A stretch of DNA of 64,000 nt from the NCBI GenBank assembly GCA_965637545.1, contig OZ281501.1, positions 1,860,001 through 1,924,000 on the forward strand, in the 5' to 3' direction. Below are positions 27,701 to 39,700 of the stretch, in pieces. The position numbers were made by a program, and so were the translations under genes. Origin of the DNA: Phallusia mammillata (Eukaryota). Under the pieces are notes generated by a model. It saw nothing but the letters and a program-made list of their open reading frames with translations. It did not search any database and was not told where the DNA came from. The first letter of the stretch is position 1; the number at the start of each line of letters is the position of its first letter.

Positions 27701-30700
27701 TCTGAAATATATTGGGTCTGATTATTTTCGAATGTTTTATGATCTATTATGTAATTGCAAAGTTTCAGCCGAAATACAGATTTCTTAAATATTTTTTGTG
27801 CAAAACTACAAACTATATGACTAAATTATATATGACTAAATCGTAACATGAACATTAAAGTGTTCACAGATTCAGACATCATTCAACGTCTTCAGTTGTC
27901 ACCTTTGCAGTTCTTCCAGCGCAGCGCATATTCGGTCAATCAATCTGTTTTCCTCCCTCCAGGCTTCCGTAACCTGATAAGGGTAAGTGTTATATGATGT
28001 AATCCCTGTTTGGTGTCAGTTTCAAAACGACCGACAAAATATATCATCACAGGACGACATATTATATCTAACAAACCATAAACTTTATTTGATGTTTTGC
28101 CAAGTGTCACCTCGGCATTTTGTCTCGGTGGGTGACAGCATTTTTTTGAGACATTAAGATCAAAAATAAAAAGCAAACATAAAACTCTTGTCTTGGAACA
28201 TAAGTTCAGTTGAACAAAATTAGTATTTTGTGAAGATCAATAGAAAAACGACCCGTTAGTTTGAAAAATAAGCTTTTTGCTGGTGGATACTCCACACTAA
28301 AACATCTCGTTCTGCTATAAAGAAACCAATAAAGTTTAAACCGAGCAAAATGTCGAGAAACTTTTACAATTTGAAACTTTTAATGTTTTTTTTGTAGAAA
28401 ACGTCATTTATTTGAAATTTGACATGTAACAATTTATTTTTGCAGCGGGTGTTGTAAACGTAACATCGTATTCCCCAGATACGCACAAACAAAACGAATT
28501 TTACCAATTAAAATGCTTTTGCTTTTACGTATTTCAGCCCATCTCGCAAGTGCTCGACCCCGACGAGTTTAGTTTTGGAGGCGACGTGGCGGCATCAGGA
28601 GGTGTCAGACCGGACAAAGCCCAGACCCTAACCTTGTATTTATCATATAAAGCTCTCAGAGAACGAAGGAAGCCTGTCTACTTACTATCGATTCTAGACA
28701 GGCGAAAACGAATGCAGTTTGCAGTTCAGGTAATTTCCTTAAACTGCGCAAACAAAATAACGAATAGATGCTGATTTCTAACTAATTATTGGGCAATATT
28801 TTGATTTTGTTGACAGTTTTTTGTTGCTCATTGAAATTCCTTAGGCTTAGACCACTTATTTTTGAAAGAAACTTATTATGCTGAAAAATACAACTTTATA
28901 GGTTTAGGTTTGAAAACAAAACAACTTTAAATTTCTGATCATAAAATTTAATATTTCCAAAAACGTGATCTAACTATTTGTAACAGTAATTACATTTTTG
29001 TTGCTCTGCAGATTTCTTCAAAGTACCTTATAATCAAGTCCCGCAAACGGCGGCGTAAATTTCGGCTTTCAAATCCATCGAACCCGGTTGACCCTTCCAG
29101 CGTGAGGGGAATCACCGATCCAGTCAGACTTGTCTTGGTTCTGTCCGACGGATTCGTTGCTCTCATCTCTTCCTGCAGCTCACCTGTCACGGTTCGACGC
29201 TTTTCCGCGCTCCGTCTGCGTCACGTGATCAAGCCAGGGGTGACGTATCTTGTTTTGGGGAAGCCCCGAAAGAAAAGCCGTTCGTTTGAGGTACATTTTG
29301 GATCTACAATTATATTTACAAAGGCTTAGGCGCAATACATCCCTTACAGTGGAAAAGAACGACATGTTTTTTGTAAAACATTTCGCAAAATGCTCGTGCT
29401 ATTATCAGTGATATATCACTGTGCAAAAGGTAATTGAAATCATGTTTGTTCTGTTTCAGGGCATTCTATGTGAGTTAAGAGCGCGACGCGGAGAAGCTGA
29501 TGCGCAGGATTTTTGCGCACACACGTGGAAAACTTGCTCTTATCCCGATTTACCAGGAGATTCATCACATCAAGTAAGTTGCATTGCATCCGTTGTCACA
29601 TCACCATAAGCATTATAACAAAAGTGCGAGAATTCATTTCGATGTGTTTAAAATAAATCAAAGTCGTCTTCACTTCAATCATAAAGAAATATATTTGGTT
29701 TACATTTTCATGTTTTTTCGAGTAATGAGCTCAGCATTTGACAAAACAACATTTCCTGTTAATTATTGTAACACCCATTTCTGTTCTTAATATTTTTTTT
29801 AAACTCTTTTAAACACGATTTGCATGCTTCAGGAATCGTGTGTTAGGTAAGTACAAAACACGTGACTTTAACATTTGGTTAATTGCGATTTTTGTGAAGG
29901 AGATGCTTGAAAATCGCCAGAAGCAAAAGAAAAACTCAGCAACAGAATCTTTCAAGCGAGAAACCACCTCATCTCCGATTAACTTGAAGCGAAACAGCAC
30001 CGATCTGATGGCGCCTGCTCTGCCGCAAGACGCCAGTGCGGTGCCACTCTCCACAGACGCTGCTGTCACCAACAATCCCGCAATAACAGACGCTTACAGC
30101 ACCTTGGCGCCAACTAGCGACAAAACACAGATCAGTGCCAACCGAGGGGTGGCGCCCCTGCCCACTTCAGCATATCCCAGCCAATCAGCATACGCCACGC
30201 GTTCAAATCGACCAATCACCTCAAGCGCAACAGATACCTCTTCAATCGGAACCACTCGTACGTTCCTCCGCAAGGTCCTTTGGCGCGCTGAAGCAGCACG
30301 AACCGACTTCGTGGCTTCGCGCGTTGCCAATGGTTACCGGCCGCGAACTGTGACGTCACAAACACCTGTGCCAACATCGAATCAAATCAGCATTCCACCG
30401 AACGAAATTTACCTGAACATCTCGACTTTACAACCACTGTCCAAATTAGAAAAATCGGCCACGGCGCCAACTAGTGATGAAACTTCTCGACCCTATGCAA
30501 CGTCACGTGACTCTAAGGAGTCTGTTACGTCATTGCCAGACATGACCCACCGAAATGGCACGATAGAAGTCCATGTAGACAATGCACATCAAACTGTTAC
30601 CCCCATTCTTTTGAGGACGTCACGTTCTGCCGATGACGCGGCTTTGACAAAAGAAAGTGTGACGTCATCGATGGTGACGTCCCCGATGAATGACGTCACT

Positions 30701-33700
30701 ACAGCGGAGCAGCGCAATTCATCAGTATCAATACCGCAACCTAAACAGGAGATCTTAAAGTAAGCGTTTCTTTTGTGGGAGATCAGCGTACTTAAATTTT
30801 TTGTGAGAAAACAACGCGCCTCTTAAGTACAATAGTCGCAACAAATTAATTTCAAAGAGATATGCTGCACAATCTGTTTACATTAGGGACTTCGTATGTA
30901 TTAGAGATTTGTTTTGCTGGCAATAGTGAAGTTCTACAGCTATTAGATTTTGCAAGCATTAGTGATAACCAAACCTCCTTGACAGGGTCCATGTGTTTCT
31001 TACCGACCAGCAGCTTTTAGGCCTCATCAACGGTAGTTCAATAGATATGAGGGTCTGTCCACTAAACCGCACAGATGACTTATACACGTGTTCTGTGTTG
31101 GGACCCCCAGGTGACCGCGGACCACCGGTAAGAAATACCTTCATATTTTGCATTGTATTTTCCTGTTTCTGTTCTGTTTGGTGTGGTATTGCGTTTTTAT
31201 GAAACTATTTAAAATTTGTGTTGTTTCAGGGTGCACCCGGTCCTCCTGGCTACCCTGGACTGAATGGGGAAGATGGTTTAATGGTAGGTTGATGGTAACT
31301 CTAATTATAAGTACACTGAATCCTAAACTGTAGCTTGTGATTAGTTAAGATAAAACTTCGATTAATCGCAAGTAACCCTTGGCAAGTCGAAGTTGCTATT
31401 AACGAAATAAATCGTAATACCAAAGACCACTGCATGAAAATGCAAGTCATCAGGTTGTGTTTTTATTGTCGACCAGTTCTCAAAAAATGAAATAAACCTA
31501 ATTTTTTGTGTAACCATGGTTTCTTTTTTTGTGTGTGTAGGGTCCTAAAGGCTACCAAGGTCGAACTGGTACTCCTGGTCCGCCTGGCCCTCGTGGACCC
31601 GATGGTGACCAGGCTATAACAATGATTGGACCACATGGACCCAAAGGAATAAAGGTAACGTAATTTCCGAAAGACATGATAATACACCTACTGTCTCTTA
31701 ATGTTACTGTTAATTAAGTATCAAAACGCTAAGTTTCCTTGTGTAGCTATCACACAAAAAACATTTCATTGCCTAAACATTCGCAGGGTCATATCGGGGA
31801 ACCTGGTGCAGATGGTGAACCAGGAGAAAATGGTGTTAAGGTAAGAAGTTTTACAAATAAGTGAAGAAATATAACAAAAAAGTGGTCTTTGGAGCCTGAG
31901 TTATGTCAATGAGTGTCTACATTTTTGTTTAGGGAGATGAAGGAATGCCTGGCTGGCCCGGGCCTCCTGGTTTGGTGGTGAGTTAACGTTTCATGTGTTT
32001 CGTTGTTGCTTGTTGAAAGTATAATATTGTAACAAAACTTTCAAGTCTAATAGACATATTTTTTTATTATTAGCTTGTTTGACGTATAATCTGACTTTTA
32101 TTTTATTTTGCGAAACAAAGCGAGCAGATGTAATAACTAGAGCAGAGCATTTGTTAGCTCGTACGGACGAGTCATAAGCTACAGTTTACTTTTACATCAC
32201 CATCAATGCCTGTAGTAAAAAATAACTATTACTTGTAGGGTTTACCTGGATTAGTGGGACCACCCGGAGAAGACGGTGTTTCCGGCAGGCAGGTGCAGTA
32301 TATATTTAGGCGATGTCTGACATATGTAAATTGTTAACGCCCCTGCCTACAAGTACTTCACGTACTACGATTGCTGTACACCTATAAATAATCACACAAA
32401 TATAAGGTTTCGGTTTAAAACGATAGTTCCAAAACAACATGCTAATGGGTAACTCAGCAAAAGTTTTAAAACCCTTGTTTAAAGGCATATTTTGTGAAAT
32501 CGAATGAAACAAGGCTTGTGATTCGCGTATCCCTATTGTACAGCTTAATCCAACTTGATACTCAAAATAGAAGTATAAACACCAGTGTATGTTACAACGT
32601 AAATTTACCTTTTTTTCTTCAGGGTCCACGAGGTCGTCCTGGAAGACGCGGATTAAGAGGAATAGATGTAAGAGTAATTGCTATAAACATAACCTTGTGT
32701 GTCCATATCTTGCAATTATTTATTTTATTTTAGGGGAGCAAAGGTTTACCGGGTGCCACTGGCGAAATGGGATACGTTGGACCAATGGTAAGACATGTGA
32801 ATAAAACTGCTCTGCAACGTAAGTAAAAGTACTGAAAGTGATTTTTATTTCAGGGATTAATGGGCGATCGTGGAGAGCCTGGAAAGATTGGGTATCCGGT
32901 AAGAGTTTATTTAATTACCCCAGAAATCATAAATTTTCAACTGTATTGTCAACCTTTACAATGCTTGATTCCGTGTCTTAAGTTTGTGCTGTTGTCTGAT
33001 GTATTTGACCACATTTATGATAAGAACTTTTCATTTTAGGGCATAAGCGGGGATCCTGGTGTCCATGGAAGTCCAGGAAGTGACGGAAATCCGGTAAGTC
33101 TTATTTGAATACAAAAAAGTAATAAAATTCGACTTTATAATTTTGACATGTTGTTTTAATTGGTTAAATTCAGGGTCCTATAGGAAGTGTTGGACCTCCA
33201 GGATTGCCAGGTGAACCGGTAAGTGGAAGGGTTTTTTTCTGTGAGATTTGTTGTTTAAAATTCTTGTTTGTTATAGGGAGCCCCCGGTCTACCAGGAATA
33301 AGAGGACCGCCTGGACCTCAAATGAAGGTAATTTTTATTTCTACATATTTTAAAAGATATCAGAATTATTAATTGGTTGCGGTTGTTTAAATTGTTTAAA
33401 AACTTCGTATTAGGTAGTGGGAATAGCCTGTTTGCTTAAGATCAGTTCGTGAATCTTAGTGAAATTACATTATTTGCAGGGCTGGAATGGAGAACGTGGA
33501 CTTCCTGGAATCAAAGGTGATAAGGTGACTTTCAAGTCTTGCTTATTATGAAAACGCTCTCTGCATTCCAATAACTGCGTTTCACCTAAAATGCTTTAAG
33601 GTGGCCTTGTCCCAACTTTGCATAACGTTTGTTTTTCGCTATCCTTGGAAAAGTAACAATCAATAATGTCTTCGTTGATAAAGTTCTCAGGTCAAATATT

Positions 33701-36700
33701 AAAACTAAACTGTATTATGTTTGGAATTTTTAAGTCACGGCCAACCAAGCTTTCACGCCACGCAAGTCGTTTAATTGATTTACGGAAATGTATCTATATA
33801 TGGCAATATTGCTTTGTCAAAATTGACCCTCAAAGTATCACAAACCCACAAGCTTGTGTTTTGCCTTTTTGATTTTTATGGCCATTTGTTTATTTTTTAT
33901 GGTCATTTGTTTATGGTGTAGTATAGTTGTGACGTCTCATGTGTCTTTTGTTATTGCACCTGAACACATTAAACACTTTGGTTGACTTCAAAACCCGTTT
34001 GTTTGCAGGGCACAGCGGGAGTTCAGGGGCCAAAAGGCGAACGGGGATACAAAGGGCCACAGGTAGCTGATGTTTCTCATGGAATTTTGATTACGTAATG
34101 GTTTGTATCTTGAATGTTATTTCTTTACAGGGAGACGAAGGCACGCGAGGAGAATTCGGTGAACCTGGTAGCCAAGGAAAAACGGTAGGTGCCCAGAGTT
34201 TGGCGATTTTTAAAATATTACCAGCGTACTGTGACGTCAGTGAAGTGGCGTAAGAATGTATTGTGACGTATCATAATGACAAATAGCTGTATGTGACCCC
34301 AAATGAAGATATATACACTCCCACTGCAGACTAGATTTTTCTAGCCTCTGCTTTCAACATATAGAAATGCTTGGGAGACCGGCCCAATACGGTTTGACGT
34401 CTTTAATAACCCTAACGTACTGTTTGCTTTCAATGCTGCTTCCAGTTATTTTACATTGAGATTGAGACTTGTGTTTCTTTGTTCTCAGGGACCAGAAGGG
34501 GACGAAGGTTTAAGTGGTGATGTTGGAAAACCCGGCCCACCAGTGAGTACGTTCGATTTTCTACCATTTACTAATTAGAGGTTAACTCTATTTTGACTTT
34601 TTAAAATCCATTTACAGATAATCCTGGTTAACAACCTACCTAATTTTTCCAACTTTTTTCATGAAATGTGCAATAAACTGGAATATATTGTTAACTAATG
34701 TTAGGCTACATTATGCCGTAATAAGAAATGTGCGATTAATCGCAATTCGTTCTTTTTTTGGCTTCAAATTGAGATTAAGTATGCAAAAAGCGTAATTCTA
34801 GATTAAACCGAAACTGTCTGTTGCATTTACGTGCACAAATTTGTTAATGTATGTAGTTTAATCTTGTGTTTATCAGGGTCTACCTGGACACCAGGGCAAA
34901 AAAGGACTCCCAGGAACAGACGGAGAAAAAGTAAGTATATTCCATATGTCATATGCGGAACATTGTAGCTTTGCGATGCCGAACGGTTCAATGCTTGTTT
35001 AGGGTGCGACTGGGCAGAAAGGAATTGATGGTCCACCTGGATGGAAAGGAGAAACTGTAAGCTTCTATTTTATCTGTTGTGTTTAAGAGCGTTTAAATTC
35101 GACATTAATTGTTTTAGGGTGATATCGGTGATACAGGACCGAAAGGAAGCAAAGGATTGGTAGTAAGTCACTATCATTTTTACGTCATGTTTCAGAGAAT
35201 GGATATTATCGAACAAAAAATGATTTTATGTATAAACAGTGTTTTCCAATCTCTGTTACTTTTTAAACACAGATTTAATACCTTTATTTAGAAAGCAAGT
35301 ATACTGTTCACTAACTGTTTTATTGATTTTGTTTCAAAGGGATTTGCAGGCCCAAGAGGTTTACCGGGTCCTGTTGGAGTGGATGGTGTTTCGGTAGGTA
35401 CATGGAAATTACATTTGATTAAATCGTGACAAGCAATACATATAACACCGTGATCAGACCAAAGCACTGCGTTAAAAGCGTTGAAAATGTTTTAGGGAGA
35501 AAAGGGAGACAGAGGAAAGCCTGGTGCGCTTGGACAAGAAGTAAGTGAAATGTTACCACTTTATAACTGATGTTAAGGACAATTTTTAATTATAACTTCA
35601 TCCTGCAGGGCATTGAAGGTCTTTCAGGTGACAAGGGTTATCCTGGAATCGAAGGACCTGAGGTATGGATTTGGTTTTCAACCAAAATCCTTTGATATCT
35701 TACTTTGTCACTATGTGTGTAAGATGAAATCTTATAAAGAAGATAATTGATTTTCAGACATATATATTTTAGGATAAAACAACTTTTCTCTTTTTCTTCT
35801 TTATCACTAGACCTGACAAACCTACGCTAGATACATTGTAGCGATTTGTTTCACGTTTACCTGCGGGTTGAACATGCATTTGATTTTTTTCTTTGACATT
35901 TTTCGCACAGGGTTTGCGTGGAGTGAAAGGTCGGCGCGGCCCGCCGGGATCACCTGGTCCACGGGTATGTTTTGAACTGACATGTTTATTGCTAGTTTCA
36001 TCCGTTCTCTGATTTTTTTGTTCTTCTAGGGACATCCAGGTATGCCAGGCCCTCGAGGACCGCAAGGAAAGCCGGGAAAACAGGTTGGTCACTTGTTGCG
36101 TGTTGTCAATTGATATGTTATGCTTGATGTTGTGAAATTTCAATTATTTGTCAACAACTTTAGGGTCCAGTTGGTTCTGCTGGTGTACAAGGAGTCCAAG
36201 GCCTTCCTGGGCTTAAGGTAAAATACTATTTTATGTGTATGTGATCTTTATGGTTAATGATCTCCCTTCTTAGCTTTTATAAAGATTTACAATGCTTCTA
36301 TAATTAAATCTGTTATATACCTTTGACGTAGGGAGTGATGGGTACAGTCGGTGAGCTTGGCGCGAAAGGTGCTGATGGAATAAAGGTAACATAGACCTTG
36401 AATGCCGAGTATTGGCAACAATGATGTTAACATTGCACTACTTTATTACTTAGGGTGAACTTGGACGAAGGGGCCGAAGAGGGGAGGATGGACCCCCAGG
36501 GGCAAGGGGAAAACCCGGAAACACAGGGGATCCTGGAGCTCAGGTAAATTTGTTTTTGGCGTGCCATGTTTTTTAACAAGGCAAGACATTTAACTTTGTT
36601 TTGGAACTTATGCAATGTTATCTGCCTTAACACAGGGAACGAAAGGGGAAAATGGTGAAGACGGTGACATGGGTCTGGAGGGAGACCAAGTAAGTTATGA

Positions 36701-39700
36701 GGTCATTGCTTATATGTGATGTTATAAAACAAATTCCACCTTCATTTCAAGGGCAAACCGGGTCCAATGGGAATAAGAGGAGTACCTGGTGACCAAGGTC
36801 TGCAGGTAAAATGGTTTTGTTAAGAATTTGAAATATATTTATTTGATTGTCAGTCAGTCAACAAAAACCATCTTGTGTAATTATTGAAGTATAACAAAGT
36901 ATAAAATGACTGTGTTTAATTGTTGCACATCTTTGCCTGAATAATTACTTTATTATTATTATTCAGGGACCTTATGGTCACAAAGGATTGTACGGAAGCC
37001 GAGGCGAGCAAGGCCCAAAGGTAGGTGTTAACAGTATTTGTTCAAAATAAGTGTTGTATAATATTATCTTCGTTTCAGGGTGACACAGGGCCGGTTGGAC
37101 AACAAGGCCTCCAAGGCAAACCTGGAATTCGCGGTATTGTTGGGTTTCAAGGATTGGAAGGGGCAGTGGGACCATACGGAAGGAAAGGTGAAGCTGGGGA
37201 TAAAGGCTTAGTAGGAATGAAAGGAAAGCAAGGGGACATGGTTAGTATGCAATTATTTTTACACATGTATTAAAAGTTTGTCCATTCTCCAGCCTATTCT
37301 AAAGCAAAGTTTGATAAATACATTAAATCTGTAATTTTATCTAAATTTGCCTAGATTTTGCTGCAAGTTATACGCAAACTTTACCTAACATATAAAGCTT
37401 TAGCATTTACGACATGTGCAACGAACGAGTTTTAATGTTCATAGACACTGGATAAGACTAACGTACAATGTTGGGCTAAATTTTTGCTCGTAAGATTACT
37501 CTCTTATTTTCCAACATTGATTGCGGTTGCAGGGAGATTTAGGACTACAAGGTACGATCGGTATGCAAGGCACACAGGGATTTCAGGTATGTTACGCTGT
37601 GGTGTGTTTGATCTTGTATTTAAGTTAGTCCTTTCCACATTGAAAAGGTACGTTAAAGGCGCCATCCAAACTAACAGTTTTTGGCAATAAATTTCAGGGA
37701 CAACATGGAAAAACGGGAAAACCTGGAGAAAAGGGCCCTAAAGGACAAAAAGTAAGTCTGTGCGGATTGAGTTGAGTTTATTTCGCTTGGCAAAAGAAAA
37801 CACAGCGACACAATTGCACTAAATCAGTAATTTACTTGTGTCGGGTTGTTACATCTAACATCTGCTTGAAGGATAATTTGGGGAGTAGATGTAATTGTGT
37901 TATGTGTCGGTGTTTGGTTATTAAGGGAGACGTCGGAAAACCTGGAGCCAAAGGAAAGGTCGGATACCGCGGAGAGCAAGGAAATCGTGGAGTAATGGGA
38001 AACAAGGGACAACGGGGAAATCGGGGACCTCCGGTAGGTTACAAATAGCGTTACTGTTCTTGTTGTGTTCAATGTATTTGAATGGACGTTAAAAGTGTTG
38101 GATAATTTGTAAGCCTTATTGTTATGTTTAGGGTTTTCCTGGAGAACCTGGACTAGATGGTGAGATTGGACCCAAAGGTTACATGGTAAGTAATTATCAC
38201 AACAATCCAATATGAATACATTTAGATAACAAACAATCAATAGGCTGATTGGTGCAGTTTTTTTTCAAAAAAAGGCTTAAAACAAATGTGTTATTGCACA
38301 GAAGTTGGCAAGCTTGCGAGTTCTTGTGCAAATACATTTAGCAGCCCGCATCTACATTAACACTCGATCGTTTTGCTTTATTTTTCAGGGACTGATGGGT
38401 CCTCCTGGTGAGGATGGGATCATAGGTCCTCCTGGTGAACAGGTAAGGTGTTTGTTTTTCTTTAACAGTGCGCTTCTGTTAAGAACATAACGTGTTGACA
38501 ATACTAAGGACAATGCGCCTCTATTTAGTGATAAAAGTATGGACGGTCTTCTTAGAATTAAGTCGGCATTAATGATTTTCAGGGCCTACCTGGTGAAGAC
38601 GGAGTGAGAGGGCCTCCTGGATCAGTTGGCGTTCCGGTAAATTTGGCAGCTTTTAACTTTTTTAAACATAATTTATCGTCTCCTGTGTCAAAAAGGTTTC
38701 TAAATGAGTGATAATTCTTCATCGCCAACAGCACACGACCTGAATGCATTTTTTACAGGGGCTTCCAGGTTTAACTGGGGACCGGGGATTGCCAGGAAAT
38801 ACCGGAAAAGAGGTATAATTTTAAAATCTCGTAAAGTAAAACCAACTTACCACAAACAATTTGTAAAATCAACCTTTCAAGTAAAATGTTGTGGAAAGAA
38901 CAGTTTGTACAATATTGGAAATATGATCGTATTAGTTGTATAATTGCCTTATTATATTACTTTGTCAGGGACATCCTGGTCCAACTGGCACCAAAGGACC
39001 TCAAGGTTTTCGTGGTGACGAGGTAATAAACTATTGACATACTTGTTGTTATGATGTCATAATGTTTTGTTTTTATCGTGATCTACAGCTTTTGTTTTGT
39101 TTAGGGTCCAGTAGGAAAGATGGGTGAACCTGGTGTGCAAGGAGAAGTTGGTGATACGGTAATTTCAAAACTTTTTCTCATGACAATAATTGTTTTCCTG
39201 TGCGGTACGAAAAATGGACGGTTATGAAACAGCGCATCTGTTGTAGTTGTATATATTTCCTTTAACAGTGGTGCGTTGCACTGTCGGTACACAAACATTA
39301 CGGTCCCTTAGTTTTGTTTAGAAATTTTAAATTTGGAGTGTTATTGGGAGTCGTGGGTTTGCCCATGCCTTACCATATGAGGAAATTCTTGAATTGGTCA
39401 AACGCTGTCCATAAGTCTGATATGTTCAGCTTTTCAAAACCACTATACTGTAGCTTGTGCTTGGTAGTCCGTACAACTTTAAACAATACGGAAACAATAA
39501 ATAAATTGTAGCATTGTGTTGGCCAGTGTATTACCAGATGATTTTTTCCAGGGCAAGAACGGCACAAAGGGAGCAACTGGGCCGAGAGGTCGACCTGGAT
39601 CACCAGTAAGTCAATTCTTTGCAGAGAAACCAAACAATAATTTCCTGTCATTGTGGTGTGAATTATGACTAACTGCATCTATTACAGGGTCTTGTTGGCG

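Noticed and set aside
33872-33915. Short local tandem duplications (also near 48450 and 55800)
   Set aside because: 12-23 bp slippage duplications in introns; ordinary.
38759-38812. Apparent 1-bp frameshift in a collagen exon at a G run
   Set aside because: The ORF-track translation (FNWGPG) requires four G, so the exon is a normal 54 bp: [18 protein letters not shown].
39330-39380. [10 protein letters not shown] stretch in a collagen intron as a possible extra exon
   Set aside because: Gly periodicity is not sustained and there are no suitable splice sites; the flanking exons join in frame without it.
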